A stretch of DNA of 64,000 nt from Kiritimatiellia bacterium (GCA_017544725.1 JAFYDR010000194.1:8211-72210); one strand, 5' to 3'. Shown: positions 37,377 through 49,400, counted from the first letter of the stretch. Notes: a model not told the origin generated them from the letters alone. Translations and numbers: made by a program.

Positions 37377-40300
37377 TTATAGCTTGCGCAGACGTTCGAT
37401 GGCGCGGGCGAGTTTTTCGCGGTGCGATTCCATCGGCTCTGGATCGGTGGTGAAGTTGGTCATGTTTTTGGAAACGGATTCCGGCACGATCAACAGATCT
37501 TCCAGATTCTGCGCGTCGCGCGGAGCGAGCTTGCTTTTCTTCTCCGCGAGCAGTTTCTTTAACATCACGAAATATTCGTAATCCTCGATGCCGTCGCGCA
37601 GAAGCTCCAAGCGGAAGCTATCTACTGGCTCGTCCAGTACAGTCGCCTCCTGCGCTCCGTCGGCTGCCGCCACGGGAGGATAGAGGAAACGCCCGTCGCC
37701 ATTTCCCCACGGATTCTTCGTGCCGGGAGCCAGCCGTCCGTCCGCAACCCAGCTCATCGCGTCTAGGTACGGGTTCTGCGGATGTCCCTTTTCGGGATAG
37801 GCTTGTGGACTCGTCCACCAGACCGTCTCCCAGATCAGGATTCCGGTGACGTTGTGCTGCCATGTCTGCCAGAGCCACAGGCGCATCTCCGTGCCGGGAT
37901 GATCGATGAACTCCGTGACGTATGGTGCGTGCGGTCCACAGCAGACATACCACCAGAATTGGTCACCCGCCTCGCGACATTTGGGTGTGTCGGGACGCTC
38001 CAGATTCGGCGTCAGCGGGCACCAAAGATTGACGAGACCCAAGAACTCCGGTTCGACCTGTACGGTCATGAACCGACGCAGACCGGGCGCGTGCTTCTTC
38101 AGTTTCTTCATCCCGTTTGCCACGTAGTCATAGACGCCGCGTTGCGGTTCGTCATACCAATAGACGTAAGCCTTTTCCAGCCACCCTTTCTCCTTCAGGT
38201 GAGCCTCGATCTGTTTGGCGTACTTGCCCCACAGTGCCTCGTACTCTGGCTCGTCGTCCAAATAACCGAGGAACTTCGCCTGCGGTCCCTTGCCGCTCCA
38301 GTCACCCCATCCCAAACCATCTACGCGGATGACAAAGGAGTTGAAATGCCAACGGGCGAAAGCGGACTCCATCGCCTCATCCCACGCTTTCCAGTTGAAG
38401 ATCGGTACGCACGCATCCGTATTCAGTTTCTCCTTCGCGTCCTTCTCGTCTTCCTTTCCTTTCCAAGGCTTCCCGTCCTTCTGCCAGGTGACGCTCCAGT
38501 TCGCCAGAGGGGTAGGGTTGTACGGCGAGATGTGGTGATCCGACAGATGCGTCAGGTATGCCTCGGTAATCTGTTTCTTCTCTTCTGCGGTTTTCGCCTT
38601 TTGGTATTCGAAGGTACGCCAGGGACTGAATCCGAAGGAGGTTTCGCACGTCATCTGGTCCGGCAGGTCGAAATCGAAGACCTGCACGTTCAACACGGTG
38701 TCGGCGCGAATTCCGCCATCCGCCGTAATCGTGACGCGACCGCGATAAATTCCCGCTGGGGTTCCTTTCGCTGGCTTCACGCGAATCCAGAACGGCTGGT
38801 TCTCGCCCGCCTTCGCGACGATTCCTGCGGCAGTTTGAGGCAGAAGCGGATCTGGCCAGTCCGCCACCACGCCGAGATTGTCAGTTGTCTTTTGAATCGG
38901 AACGTACCCGACCGCCAGAATCGTGATTTGCGAGGCGGGAATCTTTGCTCCGACACCCAACAGATCTCCTACGCTCACCTTCAAGTTCTGCAGCGTCCGA
39001 TTCGGCGTAACGACCAGCTGCAGAGCCTCTGCCTCATTCGCCGCTGTGCGCAACGTCAACTGCTTGGCGATTGTCTTTGGCAGATTGCGATGACGCGGAA
39101 TCTTCCAGCCGGACGAAGCGCGCCAGAGGTTGAACTCGGGACGGTTCACCGGCAACAACTCGCCGTAAGTGTCGTCATAGAAGGGCGAGACACTGACCGC
39201 TGTCGAGAAGCGGTTTGACACACCTAGTTCAACCGTCATTTTCCAAAGACCGACACCCGGCATCACATACGGAATACGAATGTCGAACGCACCCGTACCG
39301 GGAAGTTCGATCGGCATCTGGTTGGTCACGCTGGCAACGTCCGGTTTCGAGAAGATCACCAACCCCATGAGGTTGGTCGCCACGCCGGTGTTGTTGTCCA
39401 CGTGCATGGAAATCTCGTTATTCACTCCGGGGGTTGTCTCGCCTAGGTCGTCCACGCGAACGAGCAGTTTTGCGTCCTCGCTCTCATTACGCAGGAACTT
39501 CGTTCTGCCGACGCTCCGTGCCAGCGGTTCTCCGTCGATCTTCGCGTCTAGCGCTAGCTCATGAATTTGGAGACCGCATCCAGCTGGCGCACCATGCATT
39601 CGTACGAAAAACACTTCTGCCGGACAGGCGTTAGTCGGCACGTCGAATTTGAACGAACCCGTCTTGTCGATCTCGCCAAGAACCGTCCACTCCTTTGCGT
39701 CTTTTGAAAACTCCGCCAACAGCTTGCCGTCCGAGTAATATCCGCACGAGAACTTTGTTGTCGCCGATAGGAACTTGCGTCCGGGCAACTGGAATTTGTA
39801 CACGACCTCCTTGTTCGCGCTGAAGCACCAGCGATCCGAGTTCAAGTTCGCCGTGTAACCCGCCAATGTCCGGCTGTAGTTTTTCGATATTTTGCCTAGC
39901 TGAGTTTTGAAACTGTAATCGTTTCCTTCGACGATCTCGCCTACGCCCAGAGACAGACCGGCAACGGAAGAATGGATCGGGGTGGTGCGATACAACTCGG
40001 GGTTGCGGAAAAAGGCAGTTCCGTTCATCGTCCATTGTCCTAGATGGATCCGTTCCGCCTCCTTCCCGTCCGGTGTGCAGAACGCGAACTCGCGGCGGGA
40101 CCACTTGCCTTCCGAGAAACCCTCGTCGTTGTTGACACAGTCCGCACCGACGACCACGCATCCGCCACCCGCACCGCTCGTCAACAGTTCAAACGAAAAC
40201 CAATAGCACTCTCCCGGTTTCACGGGAACATCCGCAGAGAGCCACCGCCACGACTCCTTCCCGTCGCCCGAAATCGCGAGAACGCCATCATCCTTCGACC

Positions 40301-40433
40301 ATTCGCCGTTCCCCTGCAATGTCCATCCGTCCGGCTGTTTTCCCTTCCCTTCGCGAAATGCCGAATTCACAAGCAGATTCTGATCCGCAAACGCCATTCC
40401 GGCACACAATACGACTGTCCAATAGATCTTCAT
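37377..40433 (-). CDS. Very large (1018 aa) secreted hypothetical protein with a C-terminal glycoside-hydrolase-like (DUF4091-like) region.
   Basis: Signal peptide MKIYWTVVLCAGMAFA. The aromatic-rich C-terminal third (WYDEPQ, WLWQTWQ, ILIWETVWW) resembles GH-like DUF4091 proteins. The functional call is tentative. Confidence 0.55.
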   Translation of the reverse strand: MKIYWTVVLCAGMAFADQNLLVNSAFREGKGKQPDGWTLQGNGEWSKDDGVLAISGDGKESWRWLSADVPVKPGECYWFSFELLTSGAGGGCVVVGADCVNNDEGFSEGKWSRREFAFCTPDGKEAERIHLGQWTMNGTAFFRNPELYRTTPIHSSVAGLSLGVGEIVEGNDYSFKTQLGKISKNYSRTLAGYTANLNSDRWCFSANKEVVYKFQLPGRKFLSATTKFSCGYYSDGKLLAEFSKDAKEWTVLGEIDKTGSFKFDVPTNACPAEVFFVRMHGAPAGCGLQIHELALDAKIDGEPLARSVGRTKFLRNESEDAKLLVRVDDLGETTPGVNNEISMHVDNNTGVATNLMGLVIFSKPDVASVTNQMPIELPGTGAFDIRIPYVMPGVGLWKMTVELGVSNRFSTAVSVSPFYDDTYGELLPVNRPEFNLWRASSGWKIPRHRNLPKTIAKQLTLRTAANEAEALQLVVTPNRTLQNLKVSVGDLLGVGAKIPASQITILAVGYVPIQKTTDNLGVVADWPDPLLPQTAAGIVAKAGENQPFWIRVKPAKGTPAGIYRGRVTITADGGIRADTVLNVQVFDFDLPDQMTCETSFGFSPWRTFEYQKAKTAEEKKQITEAYLTHLSDHHISPYNPTPLANWSVTWQKDGKPWKGKEDEKDAKEKLNTDACVPIFNWKAWDEAMESAFARWHFNSFVIRVDGLGWGDWSGKGPQAKFLGYLDDEPEYEALWGKYAKQIEAHLKEKGWLEKAYVYWYDEPQRGVYDYVANGMKKLKKHAPGLRRFMTVQVEPEFLGLVNLWCPLTPNLERPDTPKCREAGDQFWWYVCCGPHAPYVTEFIDHPGTEMRLWLWQTWQHNVTGILIWETVWWTSPQAYPEKGHPQNPYLDAMSWVADGRLAPGTKNPWGNGDGRFLYPPVAAADGAQEATVLDEPVDSFRLELLRDGIEDYEYFVMLKKLLAEKKSKLAPRDAQNLEDLLIVPESVSKNMTNFTTDPEPMESHREKLARAIERLRKL

Positions 40434-40508
40434 CGTTTCCCCCTTTCAAATAGAAACTGGGATTAGCGTACCAAGATTCCCCCATTCCGTCAATTCTGGA
40501 AAAAGGGG

Positions 40509-40615
40509 GGAGGCTGAGAAGCGGGGAGACTGAGAAGCTAGGGAAGAAGGCAGTAGGCAGTAGGGAATAGGGAGTAGGGAATTAGGGAGTAGAGAGTAGG
40601 GGGTGACGAGAGAAG
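40509..40615 (-). repeat. GCTGAGAAGC units plus an AGTAGGGAATAGGGAG tandem array, in reverse orientation.
   Basis: It is the reverse complement of modules found in the + orientation at 40740-40800. It lies upstream of the 37377-40433 gene. Confidence 0.65.
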
Positions 40616-40680
40616 GATGGATCATGGGAGCATTACCGTTGCCTAAACTTAACTCGCTTGCCCGGTCTAACACGCTTTAC

Positions 40681-40840
40681 CAGCTGGCGGCTCTGCCGCC
40701 CTTCATTCGTCACTGCCGCCTTAGCGGCTTGCCTCTCAGCTTCTCTGCTTCTCAGCTGGCGGCGTAGTCGCCCCTACTCCCTATTGCCTACTGCCTTCTT
40801 TTCATTCTTCATTTTTCTCTCTTCATTTTTCTCATCACTG
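40681..40840 (+). repeat. Mosaic repeat block (CAGCTGGCGGC, TTCATTCGTCACTGCCGCC, CTCAGCTTCTC, CCTATTGCCTACTGCC, CTTCATTTTTCTC array).
   Basis: Modules are shared with 12628-12832, 57816-57955 and 33184-33256 (in reverse complement). Confidence 0.7.
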
Positions 40841-40842
40841 CT

Positions 40843-42216
40843 TCAATGTGAGCGGGGAAGGTTCGAGAGAAAGCTTCGGGTTCGAACGAACCACATGGCG
40901 TGAGGGCCTGCGGAATTCGTGAGTGAGAAGATCAGGAAAACCACGGTTCCGACGAGTCGGAGGTAGGCCATTGGCGTGTCGTTCATCCCGGTGGGTAACG
41001 CAAAGACACAAAGCCAACAGAGGATGTACCACTCCGCTTGATACCGTCGTGCCACCTTGCGAAGGAGTAGCAGGAACGGAAGGGTTAAGAAGACATACTC
41101 GGCGGGTTGAACGACCGGACGGAGGAATACCATTGCGGGGAGTATCATCGGTGCCGCGTTGCGGAAGATGCCGACCCCATCCTTGCGGTTTTTCCAGACC
41201 TCCTTGCGTACCGCCACCACCACGTTGGCGACCAGCAACGCGAGAATCGCGAGCTTACATAGCACGATCAGCAGAACGGTGTTTCCCCAGTAGGCGGAGG
41301 TGAACCAGCGGACGCAGCTCTCGACAGAGCAGTTTGCATAGCAGACACCGCCTTGCGTACATTCCACAGGTAGCTTGCGCACAAAGCAGGAGAACCAACT
41401 GCCGTGGCGGATGAGGGAGAGGATGATCATGGAAAGCGCGATTCCGCCTGCCCAGTACACGTAGAGGCGCAACCATTTCTTTTCGCGAATCCACAGAACG
41501 GGAATCAGGAGGATTTGTGCCGTCACCTGAAAGCACAACGTGAGTGCGAGCGGAATCGGCGCGAACACGTGTTTTGCCTTGGGATAACGCAACAGAAAAA
41601 GTAAGACGAGATCGAGGGCGACGATGTTTTCGGATGACGAGCGGATACAGGCTGCCAGCGGTTCATTGAGCGCGATGAAAAGAAACGCGAAAACGGCGGA
41701 GATAAATTCGCCTTGCCAATATTGGTCGAGTACCTCCGAGAGAATGAAGAAGAGAGCCATGACGGCAACGATGACCAAGAACCACTGCAGACAGGGAGTC
41801 CAGAGTGCTTCCTGTGTGGCACACAGCAGGAAATCGGAGGGGCGAAAGACAACGGCGCAGAGTGAGAGAAAGGCCATCGGATAGGTGAAACAATACTTGT
41901 TGCGATTCCCGCGACGCCGCATCCGATAGCAGATGATACCAGCCGCCCCCCACAAGGTGACGCACGGAAGATACACGGAGAAGAGTGCGTGGCGCGACAG
42001 GAAACCATCGGGAAGGAAAGGTAGCCACTGGTGTATTTTGCCCAACCAGGCTATCACACCGACCGCAAGAGCTGCCACCAGGAGCGCAATGGTGATACCG
42101 AACCACCAAAACCAAACGATGTCCCAGCGGTCATCCAACGCATCCGAACGGCGCGTCGATTCAATCCGCTGTTGGCGTTGGGCTCTCTTTTGTTTCTTCG
42201 ACAACAAGTTATTCAC
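40843..42216 (-). CDS. Polytopic integral membrane protein (about 11-13 TM), possibly a glycosyltransferase or mannosyltransferase-like protein.
   Basis: 457 aa, overwhelmingly hydrophobic, with a basic N-terminal cytoplasmic tail. No soluble domain is present. The function is not assignable from the sequence. Confidence 0.55.
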   Translation of the reverse strand: MNNLLSKKQKRAQRQQRIESTRRSDALDDRWDIVWFWWFGITIALLVAALAVGVIAWLGKIHQWLPFLPDGFLSRHALFSVYLPCVTLWGAAGIICYRMRRRGNRNKYCFTYPMAFLSLCAVVFRPSDFLLCATQEALWTPCLQWFLVIVAVMALFFILSEVLDQYWQGEFISAVFAFLFIALNEPLAACIRSSSENIVALDLVLLFLLRYPKAKHVFAPIPLALTLCFQVTAQILLIPVLWIREKKWLRLYVYWAGGIALSMIILSLIRHGSWFSCFVRKLPVECTQGGVCYANCSVESCVRWFTSAYWGNTVLLIVLCKLAILALLVANVVVAVRKEVWKNRKDGVGIFRNAAPMILPAMVFLRPVVQPAEYVFLTLPFLLLLRKVARRYQAEWYILCWLCVFALPTGMNDTPMAYLRLVGTVVFLIFSLTNSAGPHAMWFVRTRSFLSNLPRSH

Positions 42217-42446
42217 CTATGGTTAAGCGTGTTAGGTTTTGCGTGATGGGAAGGTGGCTGACGCCGTCAAGGCTGAGAAGCAGACAACGGGGATAGAAAA
42301 GTGTGGAAACAACCAACAAAGAACTGCACATCTGGGTTCTGCGACGGACATTCTTGTCCGCATTCTTTGCGGCTCCGTGTAAGGGAATGGCGGTGCTGTA
42401 CGGATGTGCGGGCTGGCAGGTTGTTCATGTCGCCTCGTTCAGCGGC

Positions 42447-43463
42447 CTACTTCACCTGATCCAGAAAACGGACATCGTTTTCATAGAGCCAGCGGATGTC
42501 GGGAATGCCGTACTTGATCATGGCGATTCGTTCCACGCCCATGCCGAAGGCAAAACCCCAGACCTGATCGGGATCGTATCCGACAAAGCGATAGACGCGG
42601 GGATCGACCAGCCCTGCTCCTGCCACCTCAATCCAGCCGCTATTCTTGCAGACACGACATCCCTTGCCGCCGCAAACATGGCACTGGAAATCGACCTCCA
42701 CGCTCGGTTCCGTGAAGGGGAAGAAGTGGGGACGGAAACGGATCGCCTTGCAGCGGGGCCCCATCATCTCCTGCGCATAGTAGGTCAACGTCGATTTCAA
42801 ATCCGCCAATGAAACGGGCTTGACATCCACGTACAGCCCTTCGATCTGGTGGAAGTTCGCGCTGTGCGTCGCGTCTGTGGTGTCGCGGCGATAAGTACGT
42901 CCAGGCGTGATAATCCGGACGGGCGGCTTGTTGGCCGTCATGGTACGGATCTGCACGGGAGAGGTCTGCGTGCGGAGCAACAGTTCGTCCGTCAACCAGA
43001 GCGTGTCCGTCGGATCCATCGAGGGATGGTGTGCGGGCGTGTTGAGAGCCGTGAAGTTGTTGAACTTCGTCTCGATATCTGGACCGTCCGCCACGCTGAA
43101 TCCCAGTCGCGAGAAAATCGCGGCAGTTTCTTCCATCACGCGGGAGATAGGGTTCTTGGAACCGGGAACGAACCAGCGACCGGGAAGCGAGGGGTCGAAC
43201 GCAGGACCGGTTGCAGCGGTGTCACCATCAGCCTTCTTACCTGCCAACGCGGCCTCCAGCTCTTGACGCCACTGGTTGGTGATCTTGCCGAATGCGGGAC
43301 GATCTTCCTTCGGCACGTCCTTAAACCCCTTGACGATCGCGGGGAGCAACCCGTTCCTGCCGAGATACTTGATGCGAACCTGTTCGACTTCTTCCGGCGT
43401 CTGGGCGGCTGCCGCCTCTTGCAACGCTTCGTCTTTCTTGGCAATCAATTCTGCGATCGTCAT
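42447..43463 (-). CDS. pheS: Phenylalanine--tRNA ligase alpha subunit
   Basis: Class II aaRS motifs (FRPHFFPFTEPS, GAGLVDP) and the N-terminal coiled-coil region of PheS. Confidence 0.95.
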   Translation of the reverse strand: MTIAELIAKKDEALQEAAAAQTPEEVEQVRIKYLGRNGLLPAIVKGFKDVPKEDRPAFGKITNQWRQELEAALAGKKADGDTAATGPAFDPSLPGRWFVPGSKNPISRVMEETAAIFSRLGFSVADGPDIETKFNNFTALNTPAHHPSMDPTDTLWLTDELLLRTQTSPVQIRTMTANKPPVRIITPGRTYRRDTTDATHSANFHQIEGLYVDVKPVSLADLKSTLTYYAQEMMGPRCKAIRFRPHFFPFTEPSVEVDFQCHVCGGKGCRVCKNSGWIEVAGAGLVDPRVYRFVGYDPDQVWGFAFGMGVERIAMIKYGIPDIRWLYENDVRFLDQVK

Positions 43464-43539
43464 AGTCTGTTTCTCCTCTGGAGCTGCTAGCTTTTAGCTG
43501 TCAGCTCCTAGATTCCTCTTTTCCTAACCTCTCAGCTCA

Positions 43540-43600
43540 ATCAGCTTACCCAACCTAACACGCTTACCCGGCTTAACACGCTTAACTGGCTTAACACGCT
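43540..43600. repeat. Tandem CTTAACACGC/CCTAACACGCTTACC units.
   Basis: GGCTTAACACGCTTAACTGGCTTAACACGCTC was read here. Related units are at 40650-40680 and 59700-59765. Confidence 0.55.
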
Positions 43601-45685
43601 CTACCGCACCTTGCCTTCCTTCTTCCGCTTCTCGATGATCTTCTCGGTGAGTTCGAACGGAACACCCTCATAGTGGGCGAAGATCATCGTGTAGGTGCCG
43701 CGTCCCTGCGTGAGCGTACGGATCGTGTTGGAATAACCGAACATCTCGCTCAGCGGAACCATGCCGTGGACGAGCTTCGAGCCCCCCTTGTCCTCCATGC
43801 CCTCAACGCGACCGCGACGCTGGCAGAGAGAACCGGTTGCGGCACCCATCTGGTCCGGCGGAACGGAGACTTCCACGTTCATCATCGGCTCCAGCAACTG
43901 CGGATTGCCGCGCAGGAAGAGCTGCTTGAAACACTGCCGCGCACATTCGATGAAGGCGAACTCGTTGGAGTCCACTTCGTGATACGATCCGAAGTAAACC
44001 GTCACCTTCACATCGACCACCGGGTATCCAGCGTAAGGACCAGACTCCATCGCGCGGATGACGCCCTTCTCGACTGCGGGAATGTACTCGTTGGGAATTA
44101 CACCGCCCTTGACCTCGTTGACAAAGGAGAATCCCATGCCCGGATCCTGCGGTTCCAAACGCAAACAGACGTGCGCATACTGTCCGCGACCACCCGTCTG
44201 CTTGACATGCTTGTACTCGCCCTCCGACTTCATGCGGATAGTCTCGCGGTAGGCGACTTCCGGCGCACCGACCGTACAGGCAACGTTAAACTCGCGCTTC
44301 AGACGATCTACAATAATCTGTAGGTGCAACTCGCCCATTCCGGAAATGACAGTCTCGCTGGTCTCTTGATCGAACTTGACGACGAACGTCGGGTCTTCTT
44401 GCGCCAATGCGTAGAGAGCGTTGCCCAACTTCTCATTCTCGCCGCGAGATTCCGGTTTGATCGAGACGGAGATGACGGGCGCAGGGAAGTCGATCGACTC
44501 CAGCGTAATCGGATGGGCACGGTCGCAAAGCGTATCACCCGTGCGGGTGCGCGTCAGACCGACGACCGCCACAATGTCGCCCGCGTATGCCTCTTCCAGC
44601 GCTTCCTGCCGGTTCGCATGCATCCGGAAGAGACGCCCGATACGGGCGGACTGCTTCATGGTGCTGTTGTACACTTCCTCGCCGAGCTTCAACACGCCTG
44701 AATAGACGCGGACATAGGTGAGTTTGCCCATGTGCTTGTCGGAAACGATCTTGAACGCGAGACCGCAGAACGGCTCATTGTCATCCGGCTTGCGAATCTT
44801 ATCGGGATCGTCCGCCGAAACCACGTCACCGATGTCCAACGGCGACGGCAGGTAGTCGCAAACCGCGTCGAGCATCGGCTGGATGCCCTTGTCCTTGAAT
44901 GCCGAACCACAGTAGGCAGGCACGAGCTTACGTGCGATTGTTCCCTTGCGGATCGCGCCCTTGATTTCCTCAATCGTCAGTTCCTCGCCGCCGAGATACT
45001 TCTCCAACAAGGCGTCGTCCTGCTCGGCAGCCTTCTCCACCAACTCGTGGCGCAACTGCTTGCACTTTTCACGAAGGTGTTCGGGAATTTCCTCCATGAT
45101 CTCGGTCTTGCCGAGTGTCTTCATGTCGAACTTGATCGCCTTCATCGTCAGCAGATCGACGATTCCTTCGAAATTCTCCTCCGCACCGATCGGGCAAACC
45201 ATCGCTACCGGGTTGCCGCCCAACACGTTCTTGATGCCTTCCAGCACGGCAAAGAAGTCTGCGCCGATACGGTCCATCTTGTTGACCATCGCAATCTTCG
45301 GCACGTTGTACTTCTCGGACTGGCGCCAAACCTGTTCGGACTGCGGCTGTACGCCACCCACTGCGCAGAACAACGCCACAGCACCGTCCAACACACGCAA
45401 GGAACGCTCCACCTCCGCCGTGAAGTCCACGTGTCCCGGGGTGTCGATCAAGCTGATTCGGTACGATTTCCAATCGACGGTTGTCGCGGCGGACATGATG
45501 GTGATGCCACGTTCCTGTTCCTGCACCATGGAGTCCATCGTGGCCGCGCCGTCATGGACCTCGCCAATTTTGTGGATTTTTCCGCTATAAAAGAGAATGC
45601 GCTCACTCGTGGTCGTCTTTCCCGCGTCAATGTGCGCCATAATACCGATATTACGGACTTTTTCCAGAGCAACTGTTCTGGGCAT
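43601..45685 (-). CDS. fusA: Elongation factor G
   Basis: G-domain motifs [17 protein letters not shown] and NKMD, all five EF-G domains, and 694 aa. Confidence 0.95.
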   Translation of the reverse strand: MPRTVALEKVRNIGIMAHIDAGKTTTSERILFYSGKIHKIGEVHDGAATMDSMVQEQERGITIMSAATTVDWKSYRISLIDTPGHVDFTAEVERSLRVLDGAVALFCAVGGVQPQSEQVWRQSEKYNVPKIAMVNKMDRIGADFFAVLEGIKNVLGGNPVAMVCPIGAEENFEGIVDLLTMKAIKFDMKTLGKTEIMEEIPEHLREKCKQLRHELVEKAAEQDDALLEKYLGGEELTIEEIKGAIRKGTIARKLVPAYCGSAFKDKGIQPMLDAVCDYLPSPLDIGDVVSADDPDKIRKPDDNEPFCGLAFKIVSDKHMGKLTYVRVYSGVLKLGEEVYNSTMKQSARIGRLFRMHANRQEALEEAYAGDIVAVVGLTRTRTGDTLCDRAHPITLESIDFPAPVISVSIKPESRGENEKLGNALYALAQEDPTFVVKFDQETSETVISGMGELHLQIIVDRLKREFNVACTVGAPEVAYRETIRMKSEGEYKHVKQTGGRGQYAHVCLRLEPQDPGMGFSFVNEVKGGVIPNEYIPAVEKGVIRAMESGPYAGYPVVDVKVTVYFGSYHEVDSNEFAFIECARQCFKQLFLRGNPQLLEPMMNVEVSVPPDQMGAATGSLCQRRGRVEGMEDKGGSKLVHGMVPLSEMFGYSNTIRTLTQGRGTYTMIFAHYEGVPFELTEKIIEKRKKEGKVR

Positions 45686-45893
45686 AATCGGACTCCTTCA
45701 ATTACTTTTCGATTCCCTTCCGGCACAAGCCGACAGGGTACACTCCTATCGTGAGGTGAAAAAAGACTCAATAGTATGTACTTTTTAAATAGGTAATTCA
45801 AGAGCAAAATAAGGAAAATTGCAAAAGTGAAGAAAATGGGAGCGCGTAGGGGTAGCTAAGTAGCCAACGAAATGATGTGTGACGATAACAAAA

Positions 45894-45938
45894 CAGCCCC
45901 TCGCGCCGTGCACGGAAATATTCATGGGGATAACTTTC
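45894..45938 (+). repeat. E-module copy (CAGCCCCTCGCGCCGTGCACGGAAATATTCATGGGGATAACTTTC).
   Basis: Matches the 49741 and 49943 copies. Confidence 0.65.
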
Positions 45939-46145
45939 AAAGCAATTGCATCCCCCTGATATATCTCGCACAAAGTTCACGAAGTTCCGCTTTAAAAATT
46001 TCTTTGCAGACCTTATGTGGGACAGACAAGCAGGTTTTGCAACAGGCTCTTTCGACAAGCCCCCAAGGGGCGAAAGTTAATGCTTATTTAGGGCTTCCAT
46101 AACTTTGCAATCGCAAATCCTGTCGGTTTCGCCGTCAGCCAGTTA

Positions 46146-46191
46146 GGCATGATAAGCTGGTGAAGCGTGTTAAGCTAGGCAACGGGGACGT
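46146..46191 (+). repeat. About 50-nt module ending in the 24-nt hairpin element GGCAACGGGGACGTTGCCCCTCCC.
   Basis: GCTGGTGAAGCGTGTTAAGCTAGGCAACGG.. matches 7681-7726. Confidence 0.7.
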
Positions 46192-46261
46192 TGCCCCTCC
46201 CGTTTTCATTCGTCATTGCCGCCACAAGGCTGTGCATCATTCTTTATTCCGAACAAAGTGA

Positions 46262-46285
46262 GGCAACGAGGACGTTGCCCCTCCC
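46262..46285 (+). repeat. 24-nt hairpin element GGCAACGAGGACGTTGCCCCTCCC (a second copy in the same gap).
   Basis: Exact match to the 7703 and 50041 copies. Confidence 0.75.
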
Positions 46286-46321
46286 CATTCTCTGCGGTCT
46301 CATGCGAACCTCTGCGCCTCT

Positions 46322-46375
46322 GCGTGAAATTTCTCTCGTCATTCGTCATTGCTTCGCAAAGCGAAGTTATAGGCC
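46322..46375 (+). repeat. TCTCGTCATTCGTCATTG module plus the GCTTCGCAAAGCGAAG hairpin plus the GTTATAGGCC (D) module.
   Basis: Shares units with 50170-50222, 54919-54945 and 57940-57955. Confidence 0.6.
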
Positions 46376-46437
46376 AAGAACTCTGCTTTTCTTCTTTCCC
46401 GTTTTTTGTTATAATTTTCCTTTCTGGGACGGATGGT

Positions 46438-49400
46438 ATGAATCGTATTTGTTTTCTGGTTTCGTGGATCGTATGCTTGGTGGCAGGGGCGGGAATCTGT
46501 GAAGAGGTTTCCGCTGACTTGGCGTGTCTTGCGGCGAGCAACTGGCTGGATACGGATGCCAGTCCGTTGCCTCATTCTGTATCCCAAAGGGAGATTGCGG
46601 CAGTTCACCCGATTTCCGATGAAACAGGAGAGATCTTGTTTTACGCGCTGGATTTGACCGGTGGCGGTTTTCTCGTTGTGTCGGCGGATACCTCGATTAC
46701 ACCGATTATGGCTTGTTCTGACACTGGCGCATGGGATACCGATGGGGAGAATCCGTTGTGCGTATTCCTCACAGCGGACCTCACATCTCGGCGGGATGCA
46801 ATTCGCCGAAAACAGATTCTTTCTTACGGTATTTGCAGCGAATCGAGCTTGTCCAGCGGCAGAAGTGCGGAAGAGAAATGGGAAGCGTTGTTGCAGACTC
46901 CCGCCGCCGCAATTCGGAAACGTTCGATACCGGAGAGTATGTCGCTTGTCGATATCCGTGTTCCTCCGTTGATCCAGTCGCGCTGGGGACAGAGCAACTG
47001 GCGCGATCCGAACACGCAACAACTCCGTCCGACATTCAACTACTACACGCCGAACCGGTACCTGTGCGGTTGTGTCGCAACTGCGTTTGCACAGGTGATG
47101 CGATATTGGTGTGAACCGAAACGTACGGTCGTCCCTGGCTCTTACTTCTGCTGGGTGGATGGTGTCTTGACGAAAAAGACGATGATTGGAGGTCGGTACG
47201 ATTGGGAAAAGATGCCGCTGACACGAGTGGAATGTACAGACGAGGAACAGCGTGAAGCAATCGGGAAATTATTGTTCGATCTGGGAGTCGCAAGCCGGAT
47301 GCAATGGACGAAACGCGAGTCGATCACCTATTCCCGCAAGGCTGGAATCTCTCTGCGCAACCGTTTCGGGTACGCCTCTGCCTGTATGTTTTACTCTGGA
47401 ATTCGTATGCAGAATCTTGCAGGGGTCTGTCGTGACGCCATCCTTGCCAGTCTCGACGCGGGGATGCCCGTTGTGATCGGTATTCAGCGCGGGGCTGTTG
47501 GTCACGCGGTGGTTGTGGATGGATACGGATACAACGGTAGCGATACGATTTATTGCCACATCAATTTCGGTTATTCGGGAACTTCAGACGCATGGTACAA
47601 CCTCGTCGGGGAAAATGTGACATCGGAGAACTACACGCAAATCTCCGATGTTATTTACAACATCCATCCGTCGCTTGCCGGGGATGTCTTCTCCGGTCGT
47701 GTGCTCAACTCCTTTGGGGAACCAGTCGCGGATGCGGAAGTGCGTCTGGTTCCCCCCTCTGGCGCGGTGATGTCCACGCGCTCCAACGAAAACGGAATCT
47801 ATGCGTTTCACGTGACGAAGACCGGAGACTACACGATCTCCGCCGTCAGTGGAGCGCTGTCGTCGGGCGGACAACGAATTTCCTTTCCCGCCCGTAGCAC
47901 CAACTCGACGTTACAGGAAACAGACACGACGATTGACGCGGGGGGAAGTCCCGGAAGTGTCGCCAATCGATGGGGAATCGATCTGACGTTGCGCGCCTCA
48001 CAGGTCACGTTGCAAAAGGCATTAGGTGCGAGCGGTCTGGTATTCTCCAGCGGCGGAAACGCCGCATGGTCAGGAATTGTTGCCGACACGCGAACGGGAC
48101 GGACCGCCGCGCAGAGTGGTGCCGTCGCCAATAATCAATCCTCTTGGTTGCGTACCACGGTGGTCGGTCCCGGCGTTCTCTCCTTCCGTTGGCGCATTTC
48201 CTCCGAAAAGAAGTACGACAAGTTGACATTCAAGGTGGACAACCAAACGATTGCGACGATTTCGGGTGACACGGAATGGACGACGGTTTCTAGATACATC
48301 CCGCCCGGTGTCCACACGGTACAGTGGACATACGCAAAGGACAAGAGCCTCGGTTTGGAAAAGGATTGCGCGTGGATTGAAAGTCTTGCGTGGAAAGAAA
48401 CGCTTCCTGCGACGCCTGGATCATTCCGGTTCGTGTCCAGGGGAGGCTCCGGAACGGTTTCCGTTTCCGAGAATTCCGGCACACGCTGGCGGGTGACATC
48501 CGCGACCGAGTGGATTGTACCTCAAACAACGGGAGGGACAGGAAGCGGAACGTTTGTGGTCAAAGTGGCGAAAAACGACACGGACACAACGCGAACCGGG
48601 CAACTCCGTGTTGCGGCGACAACAGAACGTGGGGAGAAGGAAACGACGATTTCCATCACGCAGATTCCTGTACCTCAACTTGTCGTCTCCAATACATCCG
48701 TTTCCATATCCGCGAAAAACGGAAGGTATGAAACCACAGTCGAGGCAAATCAATCGTGGTCGGCTTCCGCAGATGTTCCGTGGATCACGTTGGCGAGGAG
48801 TTCGGGGAAAGAGGACGAACATGACCTCGTTTATCAGGTGGAGGCCAATCGGATGCCATCTGTGCGAGAGGGACGGATCACCGTGACGATCGGATGTGCC
48901 TCGGAGACATTGCGTAAAACTGTGGTTGTTCGGCAACGCGGCGCGTCGAAAGCGGATGGATTGTGGCTACCGACGGGTGCGCTCCGTCCAAAGAAAACAA
49001 CCGAATGGCATGGTAAAATTTTCAACGGCGATACAACGATCGCGCTTCTGCAAGTTCGTGCGAAGAAGACTAATGCGAAAGGACTCGTAACGATTTCCGC
49101 GAAGGCTACGCGCTCGGACGGCAAGAAATTTCTCGCGAAGGCGATTTCGGTGAAGGCAACGGACTCGCCTCGCCTCATCCAGTTAACGCTTAAAAAATGG
49201 GGAACAATCGTCCTGTACCTCGGGGCTAATGGCATGGTCGGGACGTTTGGAAACGATTGGGTGGAATCCGCAAAGAGAGGCGGTTCACTCCGCCGTACCC
49301 CTGCCACTTTCACGGCTGGTAGGGTGACGACGCTAAACGGAATTCCTCCGTTGATCGACTGCCTTCCGGATGGCGCGACGATACGAACCAGCGGTACTCG

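Noticed and set aside
40509-40800. Possible MITE with terminal inverted repeats (GCTGAGAAGC..AGTAGG modules in opposite orientations about 150 bp apart).
   Set aside because: The module order is not mirrored (A-B versus B'-A' is not satisfied). It is better described as mosaic shuffling of modules than as a TIR-bounded element.
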